The position numbers and the translations under genes are program-made. From NCBI GenBank assembly GCA_000146465.1, contig CP001949.1: DNA of 64,000 nt; one strand, written 5' to 3'. This document shows, one piece after another, positions 29,768 to 40,165 of the stretch. The notes beneath the pieces are model-generated. The model did not search any database, was not told the origin of the DNA, and saw nothing but the letters and a program-made list of their open reading frames with translations. The stretch's first letter is position 1. Each line of letters starts with the position of its first letter.

Positions 29768-31336
29768 TTATTTCTTCTCAAGGAACACAGAAGGTACCGG
29801 CATTCCATCGACAATAAGGTGGCATATGTATCTAGCAAAGCTTTCATCTGCACAGTCATTAAGAAACAATTCTATGCCTTCGTCGTTGGAATAGCTAAGC
29901 TTTTCTATCTTACAATAGGGACCCATCATGGAAGAAAGATATACCCACTTGTCTGTGTCGAGGAGTTCCTTGTTCAACTTTGCAAGGTAGAATGTGACAA
30001 GGGGATAGATGTACACAAGGCAGGAGAATATGGACTCTATAGCCGGGCGAGGGCCCTTATCAATGGAGATAAGCTTGATGCAGGCATCATGAAATCTATC
30101 TAAAAACCCAGCATCTATAAGCATAGAGAACTTGGACTGGTCTTTGATTGCTGATGAGAGAAATATTGTAAGGGAAATCAAGAGAGGTATATGATCCGGG
30201 TTTCCAAAGAACAGGTCTATAAGTGTGAAATAAACTTCTTTTTGGAATATCTCATCCATAAGGAGATCCAGCTGTCCCACCATTAGTCTTATGTAGAGGA
30301 CTAGCTTGGAGTCCACTCTTTTGAATTCGGGAACTTCTAGCTTAGGGCATCTCCGAGAACAATTTAGGATCTCAATTATGTCGTATATTTGCTTGAATTC
30401 CGAATACGACTCCTCTTTAAGGAACATAGAAATGAGCTTTTCTCCCCCAGACACTATCTCGTCGTGGAAGAAATCTTCTTCATCGCTGGACATCGACCCG
30501 CTGTCGTCGCCTATCCAGTCTGCAAGAAGCAACATCTTTAATGCAACATAACACTTTCTTTCGATAAGGACAGACACAGGACGTGAGTCCTTCAGCAGCA
30601 TGGCCAGCTTCTGCATGTTAAGGCCCTTCAGCCCAAGCAGAATCGAAAAGAGATTCAATGCCGGTTCAAACCAAAGTAAACCCAGAAAGGAGTTGACAAA
30701 GCGACCATCAAGAGCCTCTGTCATGTAATGGGGATGGATCCGAAAGTGAAAAGCTAGAACCTCAAAAAAGTATGCAAGAACCTTTGACGTGGAGTTGAAA
30801 ACAAAATATTCCAAATCTTCCTCATCTCCGAAGTATTCGCTGATTTCGAAATTTCTGAGAATTTCCCTTGTCTTTGTTCTATCATCTGAATCTTCTGTAT
30901 CCGAAGTGTTTTCCCGGAATTCTCCAACAGATCCAAATAAAGCATCCTTGCTTCTTCTTATCCATTCCTCTTTCGTCATAGGATACACGCATTCGGAAGA
31001 GCATCCCAAGGAACGGCTCGAGGCATCTTCAATTGAGAGATCTCCTCTATTCCCCTCGTCCCCACCAGAGCCATTGCTTCCAAAGTCAATTATCCGTATG
31101 AAAACACTCATCTTCTGATAGAACGCAAAGTTGAATCGGCTATTTTCTGTGCATAAGCATTCGCTAACAAGAGCAATGTCTCGGAAATAGCAGAAGTTAA
31201 ACACAAGATAGTCCAAGTGGTAGATCATGTAATTTGTAATCATTGGCTTTTTAAGCTTGAACTGTGTTAAAGATCTTTGGAGAATGTTATGGAATCGCTT
31301 CTGGTCCACGTCAGGATACATCGAACTATTCCCCAT
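29768..31336 (-). CDS. Hypothetical protein (about 522 aa)
   Basis: Long ORF. Start moved from the track's GTG to the first ATG (MGNSSMYPD...). No motif recognised. Confidence 0.45.
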   Translation of the reverse strand: MGNSSMYPDVDQKRFHNILQRSLTQFKLKKPMITNYMIYHLDYLVFNFCYFRDIALVSECLCTENSRFNFAFYQKMSVFIRIIDFGSNGSGGDEGNRGDLSIEDASSRSLGCSSECVYPMTKEEWIRRSKDALFGSVGEFRENTSDTEDSDDRTKTREILRNFEISEYFGDEEDLEYFVFNSTSKVLAYFFEVLAFHFRIHPHYMTEALDGRFVNSFLGLLWFEPALNLFSILLGLKGLNMQKLAMLLKDSRPVSVLIERKCYVALKMLLLADWIGDDSGSMSSDEEDFFHDEIVSGGEKLISMFLKEESYSEFKQIYDIIEILNCSRRCPKLEVPEFKRVDSKLVLYIRLMVGQLDLLMDEIFQKEVYFTLIDLFFGNPDHIPLLISLTIFLSSAIKDQSKFSMLIDAGFLDRFHDACIKLISIDKGPRPAIESIFSCLVYIYPLVTFYLAKLNKELLDTDKWVYLSSMMGPYCKIEKLSYSNDEGIELFLNDCADESFARYICHLIVDGMPVPSVFLEKK

Positions 31337-31381
31337 CAATTCCAAATTTGATGGGCTTTTCCTTCTCACAATAAAACATAA

Positions 31382-32053
31382 CTAGCATATCTCTTCATCT
31401 TCGGGCTCTTCTCTTCTTAATATCAAATATCTTACCTTCTCTTCTTCACATATTTCCTTGAACTTAGGGAAGCACTCGCTTCTTATAATCACGTAGCCAT
31501 CATGCACTTCTCCATTCCTCCTAGCAAACTCCATAATCTTATCATTTCCTCCAACACTGACTCTTATTCCAACCCTTTCAAATCCTATCTTCTCCAGCTT
31601 GCTCAGTATCTCTTGGGACTGCTTCTTACTATTTCCGATGTATATGTTGTGCACTTTGTTTATCGCCTCCCTCAAAGAAGCCTCATTAAGATGCCTTCCC
31701 CCTCTAGTCACTTTGTTCCGAAGAAACTCAATAATCTCCCGCTCCGTCTTTTCTTGCTCGTAAGCCCTAGTCACTTCACTCTTCTGTTCGTGTCCACTAT
31801 TCAATATTTCAAGAACTATCTCTTCGTGCGTCTTATTAAATAAGTCCAGATCCGCTTGCTTAGCTATCTCTCCCTTTGACACACTCCGATAAATCGTATC
31901 CGTAAGAAGAATCTCGCTCAAAGGTGTTGCCATTCCATTTCTATATTCGTAAAGCTTGTTGGGGTAAACTCCTAGTTCATACTTCCTCCCAAACTTTCTA
32001 AGAGCAATGACACTAACATTCACCAGCTTCTTTTGGTTCAGCGGTGTGAACAT
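31382..32053 (-). CDS. SDO1: Ribosome maturation protein SBDS/SDO1
   Basis: MFTPLNQKKLVNVSVIALRKFGRKYELGVYPNKL matches the SBDS N-terminus ([34 protein letters not shown]). Start moved from the track's GTG to ATG. Confidence 0.85.
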   Translation of the reverse strand: MFTPLNQKKLVNVSVIALRKFGRKYELGVYPNKLYEYRNGMATPLSEILLTDTIYRSVSKGEIAKQADLDLFNKTHEEIVLEILNSGHEQKSEVTRAYEQEKTEREIIEFLRNKVTRGGRHLNEASLREAINKVHNIYIGNSKKQSQEILSKLEKIGFERVGIRVSVGGNDKIMEFARRNGEVHDGYVIIRSECFPKFKEICEEEKVRYLILRREEPEDEEIC

Positions 32054-32141
32054 CGTGGGCAGAGGGTCGCCCAGACACAAAACTTTAGAAAAACTAAACA
32101 CTGAAAAGCTTTATCAAGAGAGGAATCTTCCAAACCAAGAT

Positions 32142-33233
32142 CTAAGTAAACATATCTATGACTTCCTTAGCATTGAGCCTCTTTTTGTAGTTCATGTCAA
32201 GCATCAGCTTGCATACTCGGTCAAGTTTGACTCCTCGAAAGTCGTTTCTTCGAAGCCTCATCCAGTTGTCTCCGCTCTTCGGAAGAATGATCTCGGCAAT
32301 AACTTCCAAGTATATCAATCCAAGACTATATATATCACTAGCTTTTGTACATACATCCTGCAGCACCTCCGGTGCCATATACCGCTTGTCTCCATCGTCA
32401 TCTATGTCTTCTCCTTCGTATCTGCTTATGTTGAAGTCGGAGATCTTGAATACAAACGACCCAGGATCCGTGGGAAACATACATTGGCATCTTTCCGGGC
32501 ACTTCTCCCTCGAAATAACACTCTTCATCAGGATATTCTCTGGCTTTAGGTCGAGATGCACTATTCCACATGAATGAATCACTTCCAATCCGCTTGCTAG
32601 CTCGTACATCATCTTCTTTGTTATCCCGGGAGAAAACTTGGACTTTCTGAGAAAATATACCTCATGAATATAATCCCTTAGAGTCCCAATATTACAATAC
32701 TCTAACTCTATAAATAGATATCCCCTGCTCTCCCAGAAGTCATAGTACTTGACCACGTATTCCGACTCGATTCCCTTCAGCATCTCTATCTCCCTCATTC
32801 TGTTTTTTCTATCAAGCTCTCCGGAAATCCTTTTCTTGCTTTTCTTTACAATCGTGTAGTCGGTATCGTACACACAGAGTTTTCTACTTTTGTAAAGCAT
32901 CACCGGCTCCTCCAAATGATGATTTGCTTCTCCTCGCCCATCCCTCTGATTTACAAACACTTCGTAAAATGCCCCCTCTCCGGTTTTACAAATAAAGTTG
33001 CACGTGCTTTCTTTGCCTGTGTCAGAACCTGTGTCCTTGTCTGTGCATCCAAATACATCACACGAGGCTGGATCGTCGGTAGTTAGGGAAGAGTCTTGGA
33101 CATCTGTTACGAAAGGCATTGACGGTATAAACATATCTTTATATGGAATCCTTTTCGAAGGTGTCTTGGGAGAGCTAAACATTGCCTCTTCTCTTTCACG
33201 CTTCAGCATGTATATCTTCTTTAAATAGGTCAT
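32142..33233 (-). CDS. Protein kinase, Wee1-like
   Basis: HLDLKPENILM, ISDFNIS...EGDIDDDGDKRYMAPEVL (Wee1 has EGDxRYxAPE). Kinase core in the C-terminal two-thirds. Confidence 0.55.
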   Translation of the reverse strand: MTYLKKIYMLKREREEAMFSSPKTPSKRIPYKDMFIPSMPFVTDVQDSSLTTDDPASCDVFGCTDKDTGSDTGKESTCNFICKTGEGAFYEVFVNQRDGRGEANHHLEEPVMLYKSRKLCVYDTDYTIVKKSKKRISGELDRKNRMREIEMLKGIESEYVVKYYDFWESRGYLFIELEYCNIGTLRDYIHEVYFLRKSKFSPGITKKMMYELASGLEVIHSCGIVHLDLKPENILMKSVISREKCPERCQCMFPTDPGSFVFKISDFNISRYEGEDIDDDGDKRYMAPEVLQDVCTKASDIYSLGLIYLEVIAEIILPKSGDNWMRLRRNDFRGVKLDRVCKLMLDMNYKKRLNAKEVIDMFT

Positions 33234-33360
33234 CCTAGGTTACTCAGGGCTAATTCATTTGGTAACGAAATAACCATCCTAGCGCCACCAGGGAATTAGC
33301 AAAATTTTCTGTCGATACAACTTTGAACAAACGCACAATAACTTTAATGGCCTGATAACA

Positions 33361-34287
33361 TCACCTGTTAGGCTTTCTATAGCTGTAAGGAACCTTTCCA
33401 TACTCAAAATCCTCTTCGATAAACTCCTCATCTCCCGAGCCTCTACCTCCAATCTGTCTATCACCCAATGCTTCAGAGCTATGGATCCATGCCCCATCCC
33501 CTGTCTTTTGTACTGTCCTGCCATAAGCTCCTGTAAACGAAGATGGACTATCTTGGATATCAAACTCGTCTTCTGGTTTGGAATATTTTCTGTTTATATT
33601 CTTTCCATATCCCCATTCATTCTTCTGTCTATACTCACTGTCCTTTCCCTTAGGATAGGGAGGCTCTCTTACAAATCCTCGTGGGTCTCTTTCTCCATAT
33701 CCCCCCTTATGCCCTCCATAGCTCCCTCTATCTCCAGCCTTGCTTCCTTGAGCCCATCCTGCCCTGGTGTTAGGCTCTCCAGAGCCCCATCCGTGCCCTT
33801 TGTCTCTATATCCCCTGTCCCCAGTAGAGTACTGCCGTGGAGATCCAGAAGATACTCCTGTCCAATTACCATCGCCTCTCCGAGAATCTTTCTGCAAAGA
33901 TCCCGCCCCTTGCTCCCTCATCTGCCTTATCGTGTTCAGCACCCTGCTTACATCAAACGGTGACATAAAGACATCAGGATTTTCTCTAGGATCCACATAT
34001 CTATTGGACACCGACTCAATTCGGGCATCACTTTCGAGAAAATCCATTTCCGCACACAGAGTCATATAATTCCCTATCCAGAAATTATCAAGAACCTCTT
34101 TCATGTCTCCGCACATCAGCGCGAACCGCACCTCTTCCGGCGAAATCTCCATCAGATCAAGCCCTCTGTAAGAGGAATAAATCCATTGAGGCGGATCTAC
34201 CAAAGAAGTGTACCGAACGTGGTCATACTTACACTTCGACCCAAACTTACACTTTCCCTCAATGAAGAAGCGGCATACATTCTTCAT
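33361..34287 (-). CDS. CCCH zinc-finger protein with Gly/Arg/Tyr/Trp-rich low-complexity tail (Nup42-like architecture)
   Basis: N-terminal CRFFIEGKCKFGSKCKYDH (C-x8-C-x5-C-x3-H), then repeated GWG/GYG/RG motifs over about 200 aa. Confidence 0.5.
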   Translation of the reverse strand: MKNVCRFFIEGKCKFGSKCKYDHVRYTSLVDPPQWIYSSYRGLDLMEISPEEVRFALMCGDMKEVLDNFWIGNYMTLCAEMDFLESDARIESVSNRYVDPRENPDVFMSPFDVSRVLNTIRQMREQGAGSLQKDSRRGDGNWTGVSSGSPRQYSTGDRGYRDKGHGWGSGEPNTRAGWAQGSKAGDRGSYGGHKGGYGERDPRGFVREPPYPKGKDSEYRQKNEWGYGKNINRKYSKPEDEFDIQDSPSSFTGAYGRTVQKTGDGAWIHSSEALGDRQIGGRGSGDEEFIEEDFEYGKVPYSYRKPNR

Positions 34288-34442
34288 CTCTGCGTTAGGT
34301 TATAAGGGGTCTTTGTTTTTTGCCTAAATACTCCACCTCAGCTCTCTTCTTAAGGGAGGCCCCTAAATGACGTTTGCAAAATCAACCGAGGAGACAAAAT
34401 ACTTTATTAATTTATATCACCTCCATCAAAGGTTACAGAAAG

Positions 34443-35558
34443 CTACTCATCTCGCACATCCTCTCCAACATTAATACTCTTGATGTACATATCTATTTCC
34501 TCTACAACATGGTCCGGAATCGTTCTCATGTCCACTTCGATCTCATCGTTCTCCACAAACTCCCCGGCTCCATTCTTCAGAACTATCTTTGCAACGCTTT
34601 CGGTTTGGTCCTTACTCATGTTCAATATAGCATTTCCAATACTAACCCTCTCACTCAACGAGTAAGCTCTGCTTGCAGACGTCTCTCCAGTCTGCTCAGC
34701 TAGCTTCGATTCAAGCATCCTAATCTCCCGAGTGTAGGACATGATCTTTCGTTTCAACTCAGATATCCTGCCCTTGATGTCGCCAGGTGGAGATTTCTGC
34801 ATATGAGCCTTCACTGCCTTTTCAAACTCTTGCCCACATTCATATACCTCCGTCCCAGGCGCATTGAATTTCTTACAATTCTCCACAATAAGCTCAAGAT
34901 CCCTTTCAAACTCATCTGTACTCTGGTATTTTCTTTGTTCCAGCTTGATTCTTATAGTCTGCATATCCATGGGCTCCTTAATTATAGAATAGTATCCAGG
35001 AACAAGTTCTGCATCAACAGGCTCTAGAAATGGCCAGTTGTATGCCTTGTGCTTAGGCCTCATTAGATCTGCAAGCACCTCCGAACAGAACTCATAGTCC
35101 TCCGTCTTCATCCCTCCATCAACTGGCTTTACACTCCTTTTTGGTTGTTTCGGCCTTCCTGAAACAGGTGTCTCTGTCTTCTTCCGCTTCTTGGGGACTT
35201 CCTGGGGCATTCCCTCCATCAGCCCGTTATACACCGTCTCAAGTGCCTTTCCCATGTCGTGGACAACAGTTCCAGGAGGATTATATGTATAGCAGTTGTT
35301 GAACATCAGCTTCATATCTCCATCAAAGCCCTCCACTCCTTCATATTCCTTGTGATCCAATTTCTTTCTAATAGTAGACAAATCCATGGGATGCTTTATC
35401 TTTTCCGGATAATCAGGAATCCCCAGCTTCACAGGATCCACAGGCTCTAGAAATGGAGGTGCATTCGAATTCCGCTTAAGCCTGGTCAGTATCTGCGAGC
35501 AATACTTGAGCTGGTACTCAATCAAGATATTCCCAGAGTTTACTTCGTCTTCCTCCAT
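34443..35558 (-). CDS. BDF1: BET-family double-bromodomain protein (BDF1-like)
   Basis: Two bromodomains (PFLEPVDPVKLGIPDYPEKIKHPMDLSTIRKKL...NCYTYN and WPFLEPVDAELVPGYYSIIKEPMDMQTIRIKL...NCKKFN) plus a C-terminal ET-like region. Confidence 0.85.
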   Translation of the reverse strand: MEEDEVNSGNILIEYQLKYCSQILTRLKRNSNAPPFLEPVDPVKLGIPDYPEKIKHPMDLSTIRKKLDHKEYEGVEGFDGDMKLMFNNCYTYNPPGTVVHDMGKALETVYNGLMEGMPQEVPKKRKKTETPVSGRPKQPKRSVKPVDGGMKTEDYEFCSEVLADLMRPKHKAYNWPFLEPVDAELVPGYYSIIKEPMDMQTIRIKLEQRKYQSTDEFERDLELIVENCKKFNAPGTEVYECGQEFEKAVKAHMQKSPPGDIKGRISELKRKIMSYTREIRMLESKLAEQTGETSASRAYSLSERVSIGNAILNMSKDQTESVAKIVLKNGAGEFVENDEIEVDMRTIPDHVVEEIDMYIKSINVGEDVRDE

Positions 35559-35756
35559 TCTTTTCAGGGGGTAAGAAAAATTTTAAAAACAAAAATATCT
35601 TATCCTGTGTATTATACTATAAGAACCATACCTTATACTTCCAGATCTACACCTTGTTACAGCTATAATCTTGGAATCGCCTACTTCGCATCCTTCCTCA
35701 TCACATTAGACGGTATAGGGAAGCCCTTCTAATAACAGATGATTTAGAACCTACCA

Positions 35757-36713
35757 TCAGCTAGTGGTAGTAGTAGCGCTAGAGGAGGTGGAGGTTAGTA
35801 ACTTTTTGATCTCATCCTTGTTTGGCCCAGAAATATATGAGGAAAATGATAGGAGAGATATAAAAATAATAGGAAACAAAGTTAGGTTTTTGTTTCCAGA
35901 ATACCGGAAAAATGGCACCATGTATTGCAATATGGTGGTTGACACTCTAAGTATAACAAAAGTGGGTGTAAGGGTTTTCTTCATGTAGCTGGATCCTCCT
36001 CGAATGAATCCCCAAATAATAAAAATTAACATAAAAACTACCTCCGGAAGAGTAATTACAGGCATTTTAGAAAACGGTTCCTTATCTGCTCCATGTAGTT
36101 CCTTTCCTGAATCTTCAAATATGATCACAACGCCTGCACTGTTTGAGTATGTTTCACGCCTTTGGAAGCCGACAATATACTCATATCCCTGCCGAAAGAG
36201 ATTATAAAGGGAATACAGGAGAGATAGAAGACTGTATAATCCTGAAGAGCAGAACAAACTTTTGGCGATGGCCCCGAAGTCCTGATTATCGCTAGGAAGT
36301 GAAGTTATGTTTATCCAGATCGAAGATATCATGACAGAAATTGCAAAAATCATCAGAAAAATTCCAAAGAAATCTATAACTTCATTTATCTTGTTCCCAA
36401 TCAAAGCTCTACGAAACCTCTCTAACCATCTGATTATTCTTGATTCGGATGCTTTCTTTCTTGTCTTTATTAGGTAGGTTGTAGGAATTTTGTGAAGCCC
36501 ATCTACTACTCCCATTGCAATCAAGATACATGAAACATACTTGAACAATTCACTTTTTATAGGATCATAAGAATGTATTAAACAAATGATTCCTACGAAT
36601 GAATATAGGAAGCATTCCAGGAAGTTTAGGGCTATAGATGCCATGTATCGGAAATCTTCTAATTTTTTCCCTGCTAATTTGATCATCGAGGAAATCTTTT
36701 TCTCTATATCCAT
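35757..36713 (-). CDS. Multi-pass membrane protein, hypothetical
   Basis: At least 6 hydrophobic helices. Start moved from the track's TTG to ATG (MDIEKK...). Confidence 0.4.
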   Translation of the reverse strand: MDIEKKISSMIKLAGKKLEDFRYMASIALNFLECFLYSFVGIICLIHSYDPIKSELFKYVSCILIAMGVVDGLHKIPTTYLIKTRKKASESRIIRWLERFRRALIGNKINEVIDFFGIFLMIFAISVMISSIWINITSLPSDNQDFGAIAKSLFCSSGLYSLLSLLYSLYNLFRQGYEYIVGFQRRETYSNSAGVVIIFEDSGKELHGADKEPFSKMPVITLPEVVFMLIFIIWGFIRGGSSYMKKTLTPTFVILRVSTTILQYMVPFFRYSGNKNLTLFPIIFISLLSFSSYISGPNKDEIKKLLTSTSSSATTTTS

Positions 36714-36816
36714 AAGGGTAATGTGGGAAAACTTTAAGATAAATTTGTCCACTATGGGATAGGAGCAAGCGCTAGTTTTCACCAATAAAGATAAATCCCA
36801 TTTTATATAGGGGTAT

Positions 36817-37167
36817 ATGGAAGAGAAGTTTAAAGGAACTCTAAGCGGAAAGCTCCGTGCATGTCTGGGATGCTCTCAGATAAAGACCTTGAATGGGTTT
36901 AGAAAAGATGGATGTGAAAACTGCCCAATGCTTGAGATGAAGGGAAACCTTTCGAATGTCAATGAATGCACCACAAGCAACTTCAGAGGTGTTGTAGCAC
37001 TTCTACAGCCTTCCAACAGTTGGGTTGGAAAGTGGCAAAGAATAGGAGAGTTCAAAAAAGGACTCTATGCAATGGTTGTTGAAGGAGTTCTCTCGGAAGA
37101 CTTTGTTAAGGACATCGAGCAGGATGGAAGAATATACTATGAAAGAACAGAGTCTTTCAAGCTGTAA
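36817..37167 (+). CDS. SPT4: Transcription elongation factor SPT4 (DSIF small subunit)
   Basis: LRACLGCSQIKTLNGFRKDGCENCPMLEMKGN...WVGKWQRI matches SPT4 (MRACLLCSLVKT..FENCD..LEMKGN...WVAKWQRI). Confidence 0.85.
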   Translation: MEEKFKGTLSGKLRACLGCSQIKTLNGFRKDGCENCPMLEMKGNLSNVNECTTSNFRGVVALLQPSNSWVGKWQRIGEFKKGLYAMVVEGVLSEDFVKDIEQDGRIYYERTESFKL

Positions 37168-37178
37168 GAAAATTAAAA

Positions 37179-37610
37179 ATGGAAATCTTCGTTAACAAGA
37201 TTTTTGTGGTACCCTTCATGGAAAAAATTGATCTTGAAAATGCTGACGATGCCATATTGAGAGAGAAGTTGTTTGTGAAGGTAGCAACCAAGCATCTGCG
37301 TACTTTAGAATTCAAGATGGTTGAAGAAGGGTATGATGGAGAGCTGATGAGGTCTCGAAAGGAAATCGAGGAGGGAGAAAAGGATAGACAACGAAAAGCA
37401 GAGAAGATGATCAAGAGGCATAGTGAGATGAGATTGAAGAAGAAATCCAGAGATAGAGAGCTGGATTCGGACGACATCGAGGGAGAAGAATTCATTGCAC
37501 CTATGTTAAGCAGAAAAGAAACCAGAAGGAAAAATAAAGGTAAGCATTTTGGAAAGAAGTCGTTTAAGAGAAAACAGATGAAGAAAAGACAGAAAAGACA
37601 CAGACACTAG
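37179..37610 (+). CDS. Highly basic Lys/Arg-rich protein (143 aa), likely nucleolar/RNA-binding
   Basis: ATG-initiated. C-terminus KKSFKRKQMKKRQKRHRH. No specific family recognised. Confidence 0.4.
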   Translation: MEIFVNKIFVVPFMEKIDLENADDAILREKLFVKVATKHLRTLEFKMVEEGYDGELMRSRKEIEEGEKDRQRKAEKMIKRHSEMRLKKKSRDRELDSDDIEGEEFIAPMLSRKETRRKNKGKHFGKKSFKRKQMKKRQKRHRH

Positions 37611-37790
37611 CCATCGCAAATACAGAGGGGTGTTGTTTGATTAAAAATTGGCAATAAACATCGTTAGAGTTTATGTTTTGTAACAGATTTCCGGAATAGA
37701 GATGGTTGGTTACGTCTCTGAAACCTAAGATTCTAGGTTGAGACACAAATGGGGAGAGTTGCCTCCTTTAAAACAAATGATAAGGAATAG

Positions 37791-38411
37791 ATGTTGAGTC
37801 CAAGGCTCATGAGCATGGATTACAGAGAACACATGCCGATGAACGATACAACACTGTCGAGATTCAGACAATTTCTTGGAACAAGCATACACGACGGATA
37901 TACCAGACATAGAATATGTAAGAGCTTGAAAAAAAGTCATACAAACCTATACACAATTTTGACCGCAAAGAGTCTTTTTGACAAGATGAAAAGAGATCTG
38001 CCAAACCACATCGAAAGAATGAACAAAAGATCTTCATGGGATGTGAATAAATTTGCGTCCAACAGGAGAGGAAGAGAGTTGGAGAAAATGCTTGGGAATG
38101 AATATCTCCTATTTATCGGATGTATAATAATATCGTCAAAAATATACATGGATCTTTCGTACACCAACTTCTCATGGATCGAAATATGCCATCACGGGAT
38201 CGACCAAATAAACGCTACAGAGAAACTAATCCTACAAGTCCTGGACTATGACGTTAGTCTTCAATGGATAGAGCTGAAAAAAATGTACGACGAATTCGGC
38301 ACCATGCCTGGGGAAATTCTCTCCGGTCAAATAGAGATGAAGCAAAGAAAAGGATTTTTCAAGTGGGCATTTGGCTCTTTATTTCGTCTGATTTCATGTG
38401 TAGATACATGA
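37791..38411 (+). CDS. Putative cyclin-like protein (PHO80/PCL-type)
   Basis: Single helical cyclin-box-like region (LLFIGCIIISSKIYMD...LILQVLDYDVSL). Tentative. Confidence 0.3.
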   Translation: MLSPRLMSMDYREHMPMNDTTLSRFRQFLGTSIHDGYTRHRICKSLKKSHTNLYTILTAKSLFDKMKRDLPNHIERMNKRSSWDVNKFASNRRGRELEKMLGNEYLLFIGCIIISSKIYMDLSYTNFSWIEICHHGIDQINATEKLILQVLDYDVSLQWIELKKMYDEFGTMPGEILSGQIEMKQRKGFFKWAFGSLFRLISCVDT

Positions 38412-38497
38412 ACAGCAGTCAAGGCTAAGTAGATGTCAACAATAAATTGATCTGTGCTCTATGAATCTTCAAATATTTACTCTGTCAACAAGATCTC

Positions 38498-39223
38498 TTA
38501 CATTTTGGAAACATCCCCTTGCTCGGAAGAAAAGTTGTCCTCGCTACGCTTCTGCACCTTCAATGCTCCAAAACCAAGCTTCCTGACATCCGACCCTCTA
38601 TCCTCGACGTTGAATCCCTCTGTTTGGGAGGTCTGGAGAGACGGAAACGAGTTTTTCCTGATGGCTACAGGTTTGTTTATCTTATCTCTAGGTTCCCTTG
38701 GGAGGTCTGGCTGTTTCTCGCTCATTGTGTTCTTTTCTTCCACATACTTTGCATTGGAGTCCGAAAACTTAGGCATTTTCTTCTCCTCTACCTTCCGAGG
38801 CTCTAAAGCCCTTTCGCTTCTCTTGGTCAGATTTTCAATGAAAGAGATCCCTGGCTCATCCTCCTTGTTTTTCTCAGACAGCTCACTAACAGCATCGGAA
38901 TACCATTTGGCTTTTGTGTACTTGGCTCGAAGGTCTGTGTCTTTTCCAAGCTTCGGAGCATTGGAGTTTCCAGACACATACACTCTTCGAAGCTCGGAAA
39001 GACTCCATGTATCCAGAATAGTAGATTTCACCTTGGTTATCCCAACTCCAAGCTCCCTATGTTTTGCAGCGCATTCTGTGCATATGAAGAATCCATAGGT
39101 CACAGTCACCCATATAGGGGATGAGTTGCTGCAGTCCGCACATCTTTTGTTGTTGGATTGCATTCTTGCATACTTAAAGAACTTGTTTACAAGAGACTTG
39201 TCGAGCACTTCATCCCCAGACAT
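38498..39223 (-). CDS. ADP-ribosylation factor GTPase-activating protein (ArfGAP)
   Basis: CADCSNSSPIWVTVTYGFFICTECAAKHRELGVGITKVKS is a canonical ArfGAP C4 finger. Start moved from the track's GTG to ATG (MSGDEV...). Confidence 0.85.
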   Translation of the reverse strand: MSGDEVLDKSLVNKFFKYARMQSNNKRCADCSNSSPIWVTVTYGFFICTECAAKHRELGVGITKVKSTILDTWSLSELRRVYVSGNSNAPKLGKDTDLRAKYTKAKWYSDAVSELSEKNKEDEPGISFIENLTKRSERALEPRKVEEKKMPKFSDSNAKYVEEKNTMSEKQPDLPREPRDKINKPVAIRKNSFPSLQTSQTEGFNVEDRGSDVRKLGFGALKVQKRSEDNFSSEQGDVSKM

Positions 39224-39343
39224 CAGGGCTCTTTTAAGGAATGTTTTTGACTTATGTCCTCCTCTATTAATCCAAGAACACACAGATCGAACCTAAAAGA
39301 CTAGAAGACATTTAATTTACACAATAATCTGTTCAGGATACTT

Positions 39344-40048
39344 CTAATAGGTGAAATATGGCGATTCATGGAGAGAGTAGTGATGGTGGTGATGCCTTCT
39401 TCTTGGAGAAAAATCGGAATTAGAGTCAGAATCGGATGAATGGCTATTCTTTCGCTTTTTCTCGGACTTTTCGTTGAATATGAATATTTGGGGAGCCTGA
39501 GGATTTGGATTTCCGGCATTGAGCTCGGCAATAATATCTTCTGCACTCGAAGCCTTTACTTCAGCAACTGGAGAAGGAGGCTTATACTCGGGATCGTCGG
39601 GTGAATAGACAATATCAAATGTCTGTTGGGCGCTTGATGAGCAAGTGGTTCCATATATATTTCCACTGGCATCATACTCCAAGCATTTGGTGCCATTCTT
39701 AATGGTAAAACCGGTGCCTTCACTTCCTTCAATACTGAACTTCTGCGTGCTTCCATTATTCCGCCCATGAAAAATAAGTTTTGATTGCCCACTTCTTGGA
39801 TTATGGAGGTCTAGAACATCGTTGGATCCACTTACTTTTATGACCTTGATTCCAGAGGATAAGTTTTCGGTCTTAAATTCAACCGGTGTTCCAGATGCAG
39901 ACATGGCTGCTAGTTGATAGTCTAGGTTGTAATCTGGACTACGCCATATTCCCCCCTTTACTAAATGTTTCCTCTGTCCATCCTTTGTAAAGATTGTAAA
40001 TCCAGAAATAACCTTTACAAGCTGAAATACTACAAATATACTTTTCAT
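39344..40048 (-). CDS. Secreted beta-trefoil / ricin-B-lectin-like protein, paralogue A
   Basis: Signal peptide MKSIFVVFQLVKVISG. The core is shared with the downstream paralogue (KCLEYDASGNIYGTTCSS..Q.F.I.Y.P..P.YKPP). C-terminal Pro-rich linker and RRRHHHHHY tail. Confidence 0.6.
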   Translation of the reverse strand: MKSIFVVFQLVKVISGFTIFTKDGQRKHLVKGGIWRSPDYNLDYQLAAMSASGTPVEFKTENLSSGIKVIKVSGSNDVLDLHNPRSGQSKLIFHGRNNGSTQKFSIEGSEGTGFTIKNGTKCLEYDASGNIYGTTCSSSAQQTFDIVYSPDDPEYKPPSPVAEVKASSAEDIIAELNAGNPNPQAPQIFIFNEKSEKKRKNSHSSDSDSNSDFSPRRRHHHHHYSLHESPYFTY

Positions 40049-40165
40049 GGAATCGGAATAGCATTTTTCCTTATAAACCTAATCCAAAACAGATCTCGCA
40101 TGCTGTAACGCTTCTAATAAATCAAATTGAGAATAAAAGATTTTGTAAAACACTTGAAATTTTAT

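Noticed and set aside
33481-34069. Plus-strand ORFs (160, 100 and 67 aa) overlapping the CCCH/GY-rich gene
   Set aside because: They are antisense or offset frames of a low-complexity Gly-rich CDS, with no start-context support.
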